39,203 nt of DNA, taken from a virus. Its lineage: Duplodnaviria; Caudoviricetes. The stretch's first letter is position 1. Each line of letters opens with the position of its first letter. The position numbers and the translations under genes are program-made. Under the pieces are notes generated by a model that saw only the letters and a program-made list of their open reading frames with translations, was not told the origin of the DNA and did not search any database. This document shows, piece after piece, positions 17,937-27,021 of the stretch. The stretch is taken from IMG/VR virus record IMGVR_UViG_3300047282_000628, positions 1-39,203 of that record; one strand, written 5' to 3'.

Positions 17937-18880
17937 GCTGCGACCTCCATAAGAATTAGTGTAGATACGATTGCGTTACCTGCAAGATCATAACCAAACC
18001 AACCTGTTCCTCCACTAACTTTTAAATAAATAGTATAAGTAGTAGACGAAGTTGTACTAGGAGAATCCAAATAAGATAAAACTGCTGGCGATGTTGCTCC
18101 GCCCGTAATCGGAACCTCAAAAGCGGTGAGACCAGGATTTCCTGTAGCAGCAGAAAGATCTGTAGAATTCCTGAAAATAGTCAGGTAGCTCACACCTCCA
18201 TTAGTGTTATTACCTAACGTAGAAGACATAAGCACCAATATTTTACTGGATGAACTAGATGGAGTTATACTCGCGGCAAGACCGGTAGTTACGTATGAAC
18301 TACTAGTTGTACTAAGAAAATTAGTCTTCGTAGCTTGAATAACCTGTAAAATCTTTCCGCCGCCAGGTGTGATCCACGTGGGCGCTAAACTGCTGCCCTG
18401 AGTAGCTAAAACTTGCCCGGAAGCACCGGGAGACAAAAATGAAGTAGCACCAACACCAGATTGATACGGAACAGCACCGATAACGCCGCCGCTTAAATTA
18501 ACGGCAGAATTAATTAAAGTTCGAGCTAAAGCGGCGTTACCCGAAGCAAGTGCTGTATTTGCAAGAACGAGAGAAGCATTACCCGAAGCTTGTGCCGTCG
18601 CTGCGGAACTTAAAGCAGCGTTACCAGAAGCTAAGGCACTGTTAGCAGTAACCTGCGCGACACCATCAAGACCGAGTGAATCACCAACAAAAATAATCCC
18701 GCTAGGACTGGCAGCTAGCGAAACATCAATACGCTGATCAGTACTTAAATTACCGCCGCCGGATAGGCCACTACCAGCGGTTAAGGTCCCAACAGTAACA
18801 CTGGCGCCAACAACAGTATCACCAGGCGGGAGCTCGGAGAGGAGCCCGCTGGCTAAAACAATAGGGCGCCGGGATACCAT
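17933..18880 (-). CDS. Short tail fibre protein
   Basis: ALASGNAAL repeats, SGQVLATQG, tip domain GKILQVIQ...ITPSSSSSKILV...LMEVAA. Confidence 0.8.
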   Translation of the reverse strand: MVSRRPIVLASGLLSELPPGDTVVGASVTVGTLTAGSGLSGGGNLSTDQRIDVSLAASPSGIIFVGDSLGLDGVAQVTANSALASGNAALSSAATAQASGNASLVLANTALASGNAALARTLINSAVNLSGGVIGAVPYQSGVGATSFLSPGASGQVLATQGSSLAPTWITPGGGKILQVIQATKTNFLSTTSSSYVTTGLAASITPSSSSSKILVLMSSTLGNNTNGGVSYLTIFRNSTDLSAATGNPGLTAFEVPITGGATSPAVLSYLDSPSTTSSTTYTIYLKVSGGTGWFGYDLAGNAIVSTLILMEVAA

Positions 18881-18906
18881 AACGAACTCTTTTTAAATAG
18901 TTTAAG

Positions 18907-19407
18907 TCAGCTATAAAGGATGGAGGGAGACTGAATTTCAAGCTGAATCTCAGTTGTACTTAGAGCAATACCAAGATTCACAAGAGCGGCATAACCGCCC
19001 GAAGCCGTGACAGTACCGGAGGCCGTCTGGAACTTAGTCAGTTGGCCCGTGTACTTAGCTAAATAGTAGTATTGGCCGGGAGTCAGGCTGGTTTCACCGG
19101 TCAAGTTGGACGAACCGACAACGGCGATATCGTCCAGGTTGACTGCCACGCCACTGGTGACACCGGCAGACTCGGCCGTGACGCCGATGGCGTTGTACTG
19201 AGCTTCGGCGACACCGCTGGCAGCAGTAGCGGGCAGTACATACGTACCGCTAACGTAAACGACAGTGCCCTGAGCCAAATTGGCGCCGGCAGTAAAGTTC
19301 TGAGTGCTGCTCAGACCCGTTGTGACACCTGCACCGTTCGCGAGCCAAACCTGCGTGGTGCCGGGCGTAAAGTCGGTATAACGCCGATTAAATATCGCCC
19401 GGTCCAT
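18907..19407 (-). CDS. Virion structural protein (cement/decoration-like fold)
   Basis: FTAGANLAQGTVVYVSG...AIGV...LTPGQYYYL...GQL, paralogue of 21980-22459. Confidence 0.6.
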   Translation of the reverse strand: MDRAIFNRRYTDFTPGTTQVWLANGAGVTTGLSSTQNFTAGANLAQGTVVYVSGTYVLPATAASGVAEAQYNAIGVTAESAGVTSGVAVNLDDIAVVGSSNLTGETSLTPGQYYYLAKYTGQLTKFQTASGTVTASGGYAALVNLGIALSTTEIQLEIQSPSILYS

Positions 19408-19547
19408 CTAGCAGAGCGCAGACTTCGTTAACTTGATTATACTCACAGATCTAGCGGCGTTTATTAGTTAAAACGCTGAAGATCTGAAGTACAGAACCCA
19501 GAAGATACAAGGCCGCGATAACGATTATCGTTACAACGGCCCCGTAA

Positions 19548-20003
19548 TCAAGCGCCAGGCTTCGGAGGCCAGTTGATCTCCCAGGGAAATCCGGGCTGCT
19601 GGGGCACCATGCGTAGGGTTTCACGGTATAAAGCCCACGCGAGCTTTTCATCGGGATCTAGCGGACTGTCATTAAATTGGGTCCAATCCGAGGCAAACAA
19701 ACGACTATCGCGATCAGCGCGTACAGTGCGAGCTTGATTCTCCGTACGCTCAGCAACAACCTCAGGGGAAGAATCGACGATTTCCCAATCCTGAACCCAG
19801 CCCGAGTCAACTAAAGTCGGTGTTGCAGGAAGAACAGTCTTTGTATAATCAACCTTAGGAAACTGTGCAACACTAACTGCAACGAATCCTTCAGGCGGTA
19901 CAAAAGGAATAGAAAAACTAACGTTGGGGTAACGTGTCCGAATATCCCCCTCAAAAACAGGGTATTCAACAACAACATTATCCGCAATACGTGCGTATGT
20001 CAT
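19548..20003 (-). CDS. Tail fibre assembly chaperone (paralogue of 13532-14035)
   Basis: VRADRDSRLFASDWTQ...[27 protein letters not shown]. Confidence 0.85.
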   Translation of the reverse strand: MTYARIADNVVVEYPVFEGDIRTRYPNVSFSIPFVPPEGFVAVSVAQFPKVDYTKTVLPATPTLVDSGWVQDWEIVDSSPEVVAERTENQARTVRADRDSRLFASDWTQFNDSPLDPDEKLAWALYRETLRMVPQQPGFPWEINWPPKPGA

Positions 20004-21304
20004 AAGGGATTCAAAGTGGTAGAAGTAGTAGGGGTGAAGGTCGAGCCACTGGCGTTGGCATATGACAATGTTAATCCAACTGTGAAAGAAGGGCTTAATA
20101 AGCTAGGAGAAATGGAAACAGAGGATCGAGCACCCGAAGCGTAGGTATACGCACCGTACGTACCGGTTAAAGTACCATCAGTAGGAACCTTAAATACAAG
20201 TGCTCTCGGAGGAGAGGTAGCTACATAACCCGATATACAAAGAGAAGAAGTGCCCGATAATCTAACCTCCTGAAAATCTACATCAGTGGTGGGATAGCTT
20301 AATGTTCTTTGCCACTGAACATTTCCGGTTGAATCAAATTTTACTATGTATCCAGCAGTATAACCGGCTATAGTAACATTACCAACAACATAAATATTAC
20401 CGGAAGTATCACAGGTTACAGCTCTAAATAAAGCGGAAAAAGAAGCATCATAAAGATGTCTACCCCACAGGATGGTCCCGGAAGAATTAAATTTTAAAAT
20501 TATACCGTCATTATAAGTACCATTATAATAAGCGCTATAACCAACAAAAATAATATTATCGCTAGAATCACAAGCTATCCCAGTGCCACCAAAATTTGCT
20601 ATATTTGGTGCTTTACCCCAAACAGTATTACCAAAAGAATCAATTTTATGTATTAGAGGTACATAATAAGATCCAGCATAGGAGGTGCAACCGGAAATAA
20701 AATTTCCAGCAGAATCCGCTGTAATTGAACGAGCGAACTGATAATCAGTCCAACTTAGGCTAAATAAGTAGTTTTTGCCGAAAACAAAATTAAGAGATGA
20801 ATCTACAGCAAGATAAGAAGCATAATAATAACCAGGAGAAGAATAAGTAAAACCAGAAACTACTATAGTACCACTTGGAGATATAGCAGTCTTAAAAGCA
20901 TTACTGCCGTCACTAGGCGCCCAACTTTTAATAGTATTAAAATTACCGGTACTGGAATCACACTTAGCAATACCTATACTTCCAACACTATAAAACGAAT
21001 GATAATAATTACCGCCAACATACAAATTATCGGAGGAATCTAAAACAAGACCATTTGAATATTCAGTAGCACTGGTGAAACTAAAAAGTTTTGCCCAAGT
21101 TAGCGAACCATCTGGAGTAAACTTAGCGGACAAAGCAGCTGCATCTGCAGCTGTGCCATAACCCGAAATATATACATTTTTAGTAGAATCAACACCGATC
21201 CCATACGCATATGTAGTAGTGCTATTAGTAATTAATGTTGCGATCCAATATGAATCTTTCCCTCCGCCGGAGCCCATCAGGAGCCTTTCAGTAGTAATAT
21301 CCAT
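20000..21304 (-). CDS. Beta-propeller receptor-binding protein
   Basis: About seven DSSxN(I/V)Y..G...KF(D/N)SSG...W blade repeats, markedly AT-rich gene. Confidence 0.75.
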   Translation of the reverse strand: MDITTERLLMGSGGGKDSYWIATLITNSTTTYAYGIGVDSTKNVYISGYGTAADAAALSAKFTPDGSLTWAKLFSFTSATEYSNGLVLDSSDNLYVGGNYYHSFYSVGSIGIAKCDSSTGNFNTIKSWAPSDGSNAFKTAISPSGTIVVSGFTYSSPGYYYASYLAVDSSLNFVFGKNYLFSLSWTDYQFARSITADSAGNFISGCTSYAGSYYVPLIHKIDSFGNTVWGKAPNIANFGGTGIACDSSDNIIFVGYSAYYNGTYNDGIILKFNSSGTILWGRHLYDASFSALFRAVTCDTSGNIYVVGNVTIAGYTAGYIVKFDSTGNVQWQRTLSYPTTDVDFQEVRLSGTSSLCISGYVATSPPRALVFKVPTDGTLTGTYGAYTYASGARSSVSISPSLLSPSFTVGLTLSYANASGSTFTPTTSTTLNPL

Positions 21305-21311
21305 AACTAAA

Positions 21312-21974
21312 TTAAGTTGTGTAATTAACTAAAGAACTAGCTCGCCACGAAGAACCGCTGTCGTCCGTTACAAACATAAATAGATGAGTTTTACCGGTCG
21401 TCAGAGTCGGAGCAGTGCCGCCGGGCCAAGTTACGGTAGCAGGCCACGTAATTGTACCCGTTTGATGATTGACTTCATAACTTAACCCATAAGAAGCTGC
21501 GGGAATACCAGTGAAATAGATAGAAGAATTTCCGCTAATAGTAGCTGTAAAATAATTACCAGAAGTACAGGGAATGCCACTACCGTTTAAACCTAAATCA
21601 GTTACAACTGTACGAACCTGACCATTAATTAAACCGCCGGAAATAGCCTACTTAGTAGCGGCAAAACTCAGGGCGGAGTTACCCGAAGCAAGAGCAGTGG
21701 TGGCTGCGATGCCGGCCACATCAGCTAGAGACAGCGCCGCGTTACCGGAGGCTTGTGCCGTCGCCGCAGAACTTAAAGCAGCGTTACCGGAGGATAAAGC
21801 GGTATTAGCGGTACTCTGTGCGGCTACGCCGCTAGCCGCCAAAGTATAGCGAACATCCAGTACACCTACATCTACACGTTTATTTGTAGTACCTGAAGCC
21901 TCAACAACTGGAAAATAATCACCACTAGCAAGCGTAGTGATTGCTGTCAGTTGAGATATTTTCTGACTAGCCAT
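21312..21974 (-). pseudogene. Tail fibre adaptor interrupted by one in-frame TAG (21648-21650)
   Basis: The frame stays open 111 codons past the TAG and ends GTITWPATVTWPGGTAPTLTTGKTHLFMFVTDDSGSSWRASSLVNYTT, matching the C-terminus of 16774-17589. Confidence 0.85.
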
Positions 21975-21979
21975 CGGAA

Positions 21980-22459
21980 TTACGCTGTAGCGGCTTCTAA
22001 ATCAATTCTAGAGCCATCTTCTAAAAGAATAGCATCAATCCCAATCCCAGCGGAGGATTCCAGCAAAATAACCGAGGTCGGATTAACTGTATATAACGGC
22101 CGTCTTGCTTCAATTTCCACACCTGACGTTGTTACAGCACGACCAACTTGTTCTAAGTAAGCATCGACACTTACAGCTGCTAATTCAGCTTCCCAAGCTG
22201 TGTAATTAACAAGCTGACCGGAATTAGTAATCGATAAATACTGATACTCACCGGGTGTAAGTCCCGAGTAAGTTGCTTGGATGCTGTCGCAGTTAACGCG
22301 GATAAGATTACCGGCGGCGCCGGAATCAATGGCCACGCCGACGACGGATGCTTTATCGGATGTAAGTGCGCTGGCTTTATAAACAAGGCCAGACGAACTC
22401 ACATATAAAGCGTTTCCAGCCGATATGGCTTCACCAGCTATAAAACTCGCAAGAGCCAT
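21980..22459 (-). CDS. Virion structural protein (paralogue of 18907-19407)
   Basis: FIAGEAISAGNALYVSSSG...VVGVA...GLTPGEYQYLS...GQL, C-terminal ILLEDGS motif. Confidence 0.6.
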   Translation of the reverse strand: MALASFIAGEAISAGNALYVSSSGLVYKASALTSDKASVVGVAIDSGAAGNLIRVNCDSIQATYSGLTPGEYQYLSITNSGQLVNYTAWEAELAAVSVDAYLEQVGRAVTTSGVEIEARRPLYTVNPTSVILLESSAGIGIDAILLEDGSRIDLEAATA

Positions 22460-22483
22460 ATCGACCTTTTAGATAATTACAGT

Positions 22484-22609
22484 TTAGCCTTTACCTTGGC
22501 CGCGCGACTTTTTACGTCCATGTGAAGGCTTGCTGTGCAGCCCGTCGCCTTGGCGAGTTTTCTTGGGTTTGGACTCAATCTTATTGAGAACAGACTTGGG
22601 TTTGGCCAT
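22484..22609 (-). CDS. Small basic phage protein, 41 aa (not in ORF track)
   Basis: MAKPKSVLNKIESKPKKTRQGDGLHSKPSHGRKKSRGQGKG, KTRQG...RGQG pattern, TAAGCT 20 nt upstream. Confidence 0.7.
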   Translation of the reverse strand: MAKPKSVLNKIESKPKKTRQGDGLHSKPSHGRKKSRGQGKG

Positions 22610-22653
22610 CAGAAGAAAGCAACGGGGCTAGCTTAGACCGAAATACGGTAACG

Positions 22654-23370
22654 TCAACCCACTCTGTTAACAGTGAGAATAACAGACGGAATTGCGGGAC
22701 GAACAGGGTTACTAGCGACCCCAGAAGCTAATAAAAACATCGTAGTATCAGTAGAATGCCAGCGAAGATCTACGTGTTCATTATTATCTAACGTAATAAA
22801 CCAGTTCCACGCGGCAACTATACGGTTATTAGATCCTTGGATCGTCAAACTGGTATTTGAGTCCGGAACGTTGACGTTATTTTTTGCGAGCCAAATTTGA
22901 ATATCCTCAGAACTAGCGTTTGTTTTTTGAATTTGAGCTGAAAACTGAACGTTATAAATACCGGAATTAGCTACCTGAACAACAGACCCAGAAACTACAG
23001 CTACACCGCGAGTCTCTGGAGTAGTGTTATTATACGTAATCTTATTTACAGCAGTCCCTGATGCGTTAGTTTGGTTTACGGTACTGTAAAAAGACCCGTA
23101 ATAGGGAATCAAGCCACTACCCGCAGGTCCCGTTGCACCGGTAGCACCGCTCGGTCCCACAGCGCCTGTAACGCCGACAGCTCCGCTAGGTCCGACAGCA
23201 CCACTAGGGCCAATTGGACCGGGAATTCCGTTATTTATAAGAACCAAAGCTCCGTCATCTCGGGTCGTGTACAGATACCCGGATGCCGTATTTAAAACAA
23301 GTTCACCAACAAGAGGATCACCAGTAACAACACCAGAAGGGGTGCGTTTTGTCCGCTGGACGTTAGCCAT
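22654..23370 (-). CDS. Collagen-like fibre protein with C-terminal beta-sandwich
   Basis: GELVLNT..G.LY N-terminus, about 12 Gly-X-Y triplets, then YYGSFY...SGIYNVQFSAQ...IPSVILTV. Confidence 0.8.
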   Translation of the reverse strand: MANVQRTKRTPSGVVTGDPLVGELVLNTASGYLYTTRDDGALVLINNGIPGPIGPSGAVGPSGAVGVTGAVGPSGATGATGPAGSGLIPYYGSFYSTVNQTNASGTAVNKITYNNTTPETRGVAVVSGSVVQVANSGIYNVQFSAQIQKTNASSEDIQIWLAKNNVNVPDSNTSLTIQGSNNRIVAAWNWFITLDNNEHVDLRWHSTDTTMFLLASGVASNPVRPAIPSVILTVNRVG

Positions 23371-24314
23371 CAGTAAACACCTCCATCGATGTCGATATCA
23401 GCCCAAGTCGAGCCGTTCCAGATCTTCAGACGATTAACAGTGGTATCCAGCCAACCGGCGCCAGCAGCAGTCGGCGAAGGTGCGCCTGCACTGTATGCAA
23501 CACTGCGGCTAGGTGCAGTTTCGTACCAACCGCTGGAAGTAGCGTCGTAAACAAACAGGTTGCCGACCAGTGTGTTGAACCAAATGCTTCCGTCTCGTGG
23601 CGGTGCATTGAGTCCAGCCCCAGAAGGCGGAGCTTCACCCTTCGAAGCGATCGCCTCAGCATTCGTTTGATACCACGCTGGGCTGGCGATACCGTTGCCG
23701 CTGGCGTAAACGAACAGGCGACCCTCATTAGTGTCAAACCAGAGGGAACCGGCGCTGTAACCAGTGCCGGGATCACCCGAAACAGTGACAGATACGCCCC
23801 CACCACCGCCCCCACCAGCGGTGCCGCTGATAATCGCAGCGTTGCCGCTGTAAGTAATAGATACAGATCCCTCTGGGATCAGATGTCCAGAGACAGAACC
23901 CTGGAAAATGGCGTCATAATCAGCATTAAACCTAGTGCCGCCGTCAGAAAGATAAAGACCTGAACCAGCGGTGTACAGAACACCAGATGCGCTACTAACC
24001 GTTGCGTTAATAACTTGGAAAGTTCCGCTCTCAGTAATGTAAATACCTGAACCAGCAGCAATACCGCTAGCGGAACCCCCGCCGCCAGCTTGAATACCAC
24101 TTATAGAAGTATTTAAATCTTCCAGAGCACGGACAATCCCTTCGAAGTTCCAGGGATAACCGTATGGGCACCGAGAGTAACTAATGGTTCCCACGCCGCT
24201 CACCGTTGCGATAATTTCTTCAATGACGGTGACGATGCCCTCGAAGTTTTCAGTATGGAGGGCACGAGGAATAGCACCGTGTGTAGGGCAGGGAGGTACG
24301 TTTAGTTCGGCCAT
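23370..24314 (-). CDS. Tail fibre-like structural protein
   Basis: NFEGIV duplicated, AGSG(I/L)Y repeats, GS(L/I)WF.T..G.LFVY repeats, ends IDGGVY. Confidence 0.7.
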   Translation of the reverse strand: MAELNVPPCPTHGAIPRALHTENFEGIVTVIEEIIATVSGVGTISYSRCPYGYPWNFEGIVRALEDLNTSISGIQAGGGGSASGIAAGSGIYITESGTFQVINATVSSASGVLYTAGSGLYLSDGGTRFNADYDAIFQGSVSGHLIPEGSVSITYSGNAAIISGTAGGGGGGGVSVTVSGDPGTGYSAGSLWFDTNEGRLFVYASGNGIASPAWYQTNAEAIASKGEAPPSGAGLNAPPRDGSIWFNTLVGNLFVYDATSSGWYETAPSRSVAYSAGAPSPTAAGAGWLDTTVNRLKIWNGSTWADIDIDGGVY

Positions 24315-24339
24315 TTAAAACGTAAACCCCTCCGTATAG

Positions 24340-24684
24340 TTAGTTTAACGGATCATTCTTTTCTTTGTTCTTCTTAGCAGAAACTCGTTTAACAAGCGAC
24401 AAACTACAACTTAAATTTTTTGCGACTTGACTACAAGAATGTCCGGCTTCAAGTTGAGCAATAATTTCCTTACCTAAATAGGTGGATAAGCACCGCTGCT
24501 CAATTCGTTCACGGACTTTGGCGTACTGCTGAGCCGTGCAATAACTTTTAAGTATTTGCCGAACACGTTCTTTTGTAATCCCGTACTTGGCTCCGATCTG
24601 CGAATACGAAGATCCGCTCAGGTACATATCGTAAATATCGGAAAAACGGGAGAGCCTTTCCTCGACCTGAGACTTGGTTAACAC
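24340..24684 (-). CDS. Double-HTH protein (sigma70 region-4-like)
   Basis: SYSQIGAKYGITKERVRQIL and SCSQVAKNLSCSLSLVKRV. Confidence 0.75.
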   Translation of the reverse strand: MLTKSQVEERLSRFSDIYDMYLSGSSYSQIGAKYGITKERVRQILKSYCTAQQYAKVRERIEQRCLSTYLGKEIIAQLEAGHSCSQVAKNLSCSLSLVKRVSAKKNKEKNDPLN

Positions 24685-24711
24685 AGGGTAGCGGGAGTCA
24701 ACCCCCGGACC

Positions 24712-24867
24712 TTAGCGGGATTTTGTTCGAGCGTCAACGTTCCGGTGTTGATACAGTTCCTCAGCGAGCTTCCAAGCAGGAATATTTAACTCAGCAGCTC
24801 TCTTACGACACTCAGCCCAAAACTCGGTATCCAAATCCTCAGAGGTACGGACAGTGTTCTGGGACAT
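24712..24867 (-). CDS. Small protein, possibly ribbon-helix-helix-like
   Basis: MSQNTVRTSEDLDTEFWAECRKRAAELNIPAWKLAEEL. Confidence 0.45.
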   Translation of the reverse strand: MSQNTVRTSEDLDTEFWAECRKRAAELNIPAWKLAEELYQHRNVDARTKSR

Positions 24868-24869
24868 GG

Positions 24870-25263
24870 GCGGTCCTTTAAACATCGTATAACGCCATGC
24901 TAACAGCAAACCTTAAGAAATGCCAAGACCTACCTTGTATGCGATTATCCTGTTGGAACTCCGAATACCACGTCGTTACTCCGACGACTGCTCAACGGGA
25001 ACTACCCTGAGACCCCAATACTTAACTTGAATTTCGTTTTAAATCGTCTTAGTTATAGTATTTAAATTTAATTTATAGAGTACTGCGACTAACAAAAATT
25101 TCGCCAAAACTTACAAAGATAAAAACTGCGCTTTGACAGCGAAATTTCCGTTAAGCCGACTGAACATAAAAACAAAACCCATTTCTAAGGACAGGACCGG
25201 CCGAGCTACCCATTGTGTGCGCACTGTGCATCTGGTACACTATCGTCAAGCCCGTAGCTGGGT
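24870..25263. promoter_or_regulatory. Divergent control region with AT-rich core
   Basis: Longest non-coding gap, strand switch, AT-rich about 25020-25125, AAATTTCGC/GCGAAATTT inverted repeat, extended -10 TGG-TACACT at 25233-25241. Confidence 0.6.
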
Positions 25264-25938
25264 ATGAGTACATCCCTATTACTGACGCACTATTTAGGCA
25301 TCCTCGATCCCACGCCGGTTCAAACCCCGGAAGGGATCTCGTCGGAGCGCCGCGAGTTCGGCAACTTCGAGCTGGCGGTCTTCGGTAACGACGCCCTACT
25401 GGACTGCGCCTGCGGTCGGCATGAGCCCATCCCGATTGCCGTTGCGGATCTACGACGGGCATCACCCATCCAAGGTCTGCTTGCCTGCCCCGTGTGCATT
25501 CGGGACTCCAAGGCAGCTCGATCTAGAACTCAGCTGGTCGAAGCCTGGGTCAGACGACGACGAAGAGCCATCCGTCAGGAAGAACACCTGTATCTTCCTG
25601 AATCCCTGCAACGTTTTGTTGCTGATGGTCAACTAATGCGACCCCGTCGTTACGTCTATCAAGTTTTCTTCAACAAAAAACTCAAATCAGATGATCATGT
25701 ACTCTCTACGTGCGGAGATCAATTCTGTTTAAATCCTTACCATATGATGCTAGGTCGTAGCCCTGCACGTAAGGTGAGTCCGCAAATGAAATCAGACATC
25801 AAACTATGGATCAACAACAATGCCAGCACCCAAACCATACTGGAGTTGCTCAAAACCAAATACGGAAAATCACTCTCAGCTCGGACGGTTCAGTTGATAA
25901 AAAAAGAGCTTCGGCAATCAGACTTTACGAAGACCTAG
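25264..25938 (+). CDS. Zn-ribbon, degenerate His-Cys-box and HTH protein
   Basis: CACG...CPVC, VLSTCGDQFCLNPYHM without the catalytic His, C-terminal TILELLKTKYGKSLSARTVQLI. Confidence 0.65.
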   Translation: MSTSLLLTHYLGILDPTPVQTPEGISSERREFGNFELAVFGNDALLDCACGRHEPIPIAVADLRRASPIQGLLACPVCIRDSKAARSRTQLVEAWVRRRRRAIRQEEHLYLPESLQRFVADGQLMRPRRYVYQVFFNKKLKSDDHVLSTCGDQFCLNPYHMMLGRSPARKVSPQMKSDIKLWINNNASTQTILELLKTKYGKSLSARTVQLIKKELRQSDFTKT

Positions 25939-26138
25939 TTCAACTGCTAACGTTCAAGCAACCGTTATCAACCAAGGAGATACGGAGCGAGCTGTACTTA
26001 CCTAAGGACAGTCTTCTTCGGGCTCTCAAACACTTAGTTAAATTGGATCTGGTTAAAAAGATCTGTTTTGAGAGTCACACTCTTTACGTAATTAACGGCA
26101 ATTTCAACACGCTCATCAGAGAAACTTTAAATTCATGA
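25806..26138 (+). CDS. Winged-helix DNA-binding domain (start uncertain, possible frameshift fusion)
   Basis: LVQLLTFKQPLSTKEIRSELYLPKDSLLRALKHLVKLDLVKK...LYVI. Confidence 0.65.
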   Translation: MDQQQCQHPNHTGVAQNQIRKITLSSDGSVDKKRASAIRLYEDLVQLLTFKQPLSTKEIRSELYLPKDSLLRALKHLVKLDLVKKICFESHTLYVINGNFNTLIRETLNS

Positions 26139-26554
26139 CCTATACCCACGAGGCTAAGCCCTGTTTATGGGACAAAAAATACATTATTGATAACTTACCT
26201 GTCTGGATTTACAGCGATAACGAGCAACCTAAGACAATCAGTGAGTGTAAAGCTCGTATATCCGCGACGGAGTATACGATCAAGGATATCGAACTTCAAA
26301 TCGAAATTAGGGAGCTCGAACTGAAAACCGGCAGCAGTCGGCATCAATCCAGTCATGATTACGAAAAATGGCACACTCAAGCTTTAAGGGCAAAACAAAC
26401 CCATATGTATATACTCAACGCATATACATATTGGCTGCTACTTAATGAGCGAGATGAGGGAGAGGAGAATCTTACCCATAAGGTAGAAACACTAATTAAT
26501 TTACTAATAGAGGAACCAGATGATTTCGTAGCACAGTTAGAAACCCTGGTGTAA
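26135..26554 (+). CDS. Hypothetical coiled-coil protein
   Basis: 139 aa, ATGA and TAATG coupling to neighbours. Confidence 0.65.
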   Translation: MTYTHEAKPCLWDKKYIIDNLPVWIYSDNEQPKTISECKARISATEYTIKDIELQIEIRELELKTGSSRHQSSHDYEKWHTQALRAKQTHMYILNAYTYWLLLNERDEGEENLTHKVETLINLLIEEPDDFVAQLETLV

Positions 26555-26976
26555 TGTGCTTAAAAAACACGTCGCACGTAAAACACGACACAGTTTGCCA
26601 AGATTGCCTAAAGACCATAGACGATCCTGTATTCTTCCCTGATTTAAATAAAATCGAACCTGAGCTGCGAGCTTTAGTGACGCAGTTAACGATTCAGGAA
26701 AGGGACATGTGTAAGTGCTGGAAATCTAGCTACAAGCACCTAAAAATAAACGGTAAAAAGTTAAAGATAGAAAACGTCTACTACGCTTTCTTCAAAGGAG
26801 ACATCGGTAACCACACGCTCAAACGTATCTGCGGAACAATTGGGTGCGTAAACCCATGCCACCATGTGTCTAGATTCGAGACACCCCTAATAACAAACAA
26901 AACCAGAGCAGGTCTAAATAAAAAATTAATCCCGTTAGAAGAACTATCCGATACTCAATGGCTAAGACAACCTTAG
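26554..26976 (+). CDS. Degenerate His-Cys-box/HNH protein
   Basis: CQDC, CKCW...INGK...YYAFFKGDI...LKRICGTIGCVNPCHH with Arg at the catalytic His position. Confidence 0.65.
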   Translation: MCLKNTSHVKHDTVCQDCLKTIDDPVFFPDLNKIEPELRALVTQLTIQERDMCKCWKSSYKHLKINGKKLKIENVYYAFFKGDIGNHTLKRICGTIGCVNPCHHVSRFETPLITNKTRAGLNKKLIPLEELSDTQWLRQP

Positions 26977-27021
26977 AATTTAAGGACCACCGTGGGCAAG
27001 AACGGGCGAAACGGTGGTACT

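Noticed and set aside
21648-21650. Genome-wide TAG reassignment (alternative genetic code)
   Set aside because: TAG ends genes at expected termini. Paralogue 36949 ends WR-TAG where 37599 ends WR-TGA, and 14794 ends YIFLAVA-TAG. Only one internal TAG was found.
13532-24314. Diversity-generating retroelement or invertible tail-fibre switch
   Set aside because: No reverse transcriptase, invertase, adenine-specific TR/VR pair or inverted cassette was seen. The repeats are direct and diverged at synonymous sites.
25133-25161. TTGACA at 25133 as a sigma70 promoter
   Set aside because: No acceptable -10 hexamer at 16-18 nt spacing.
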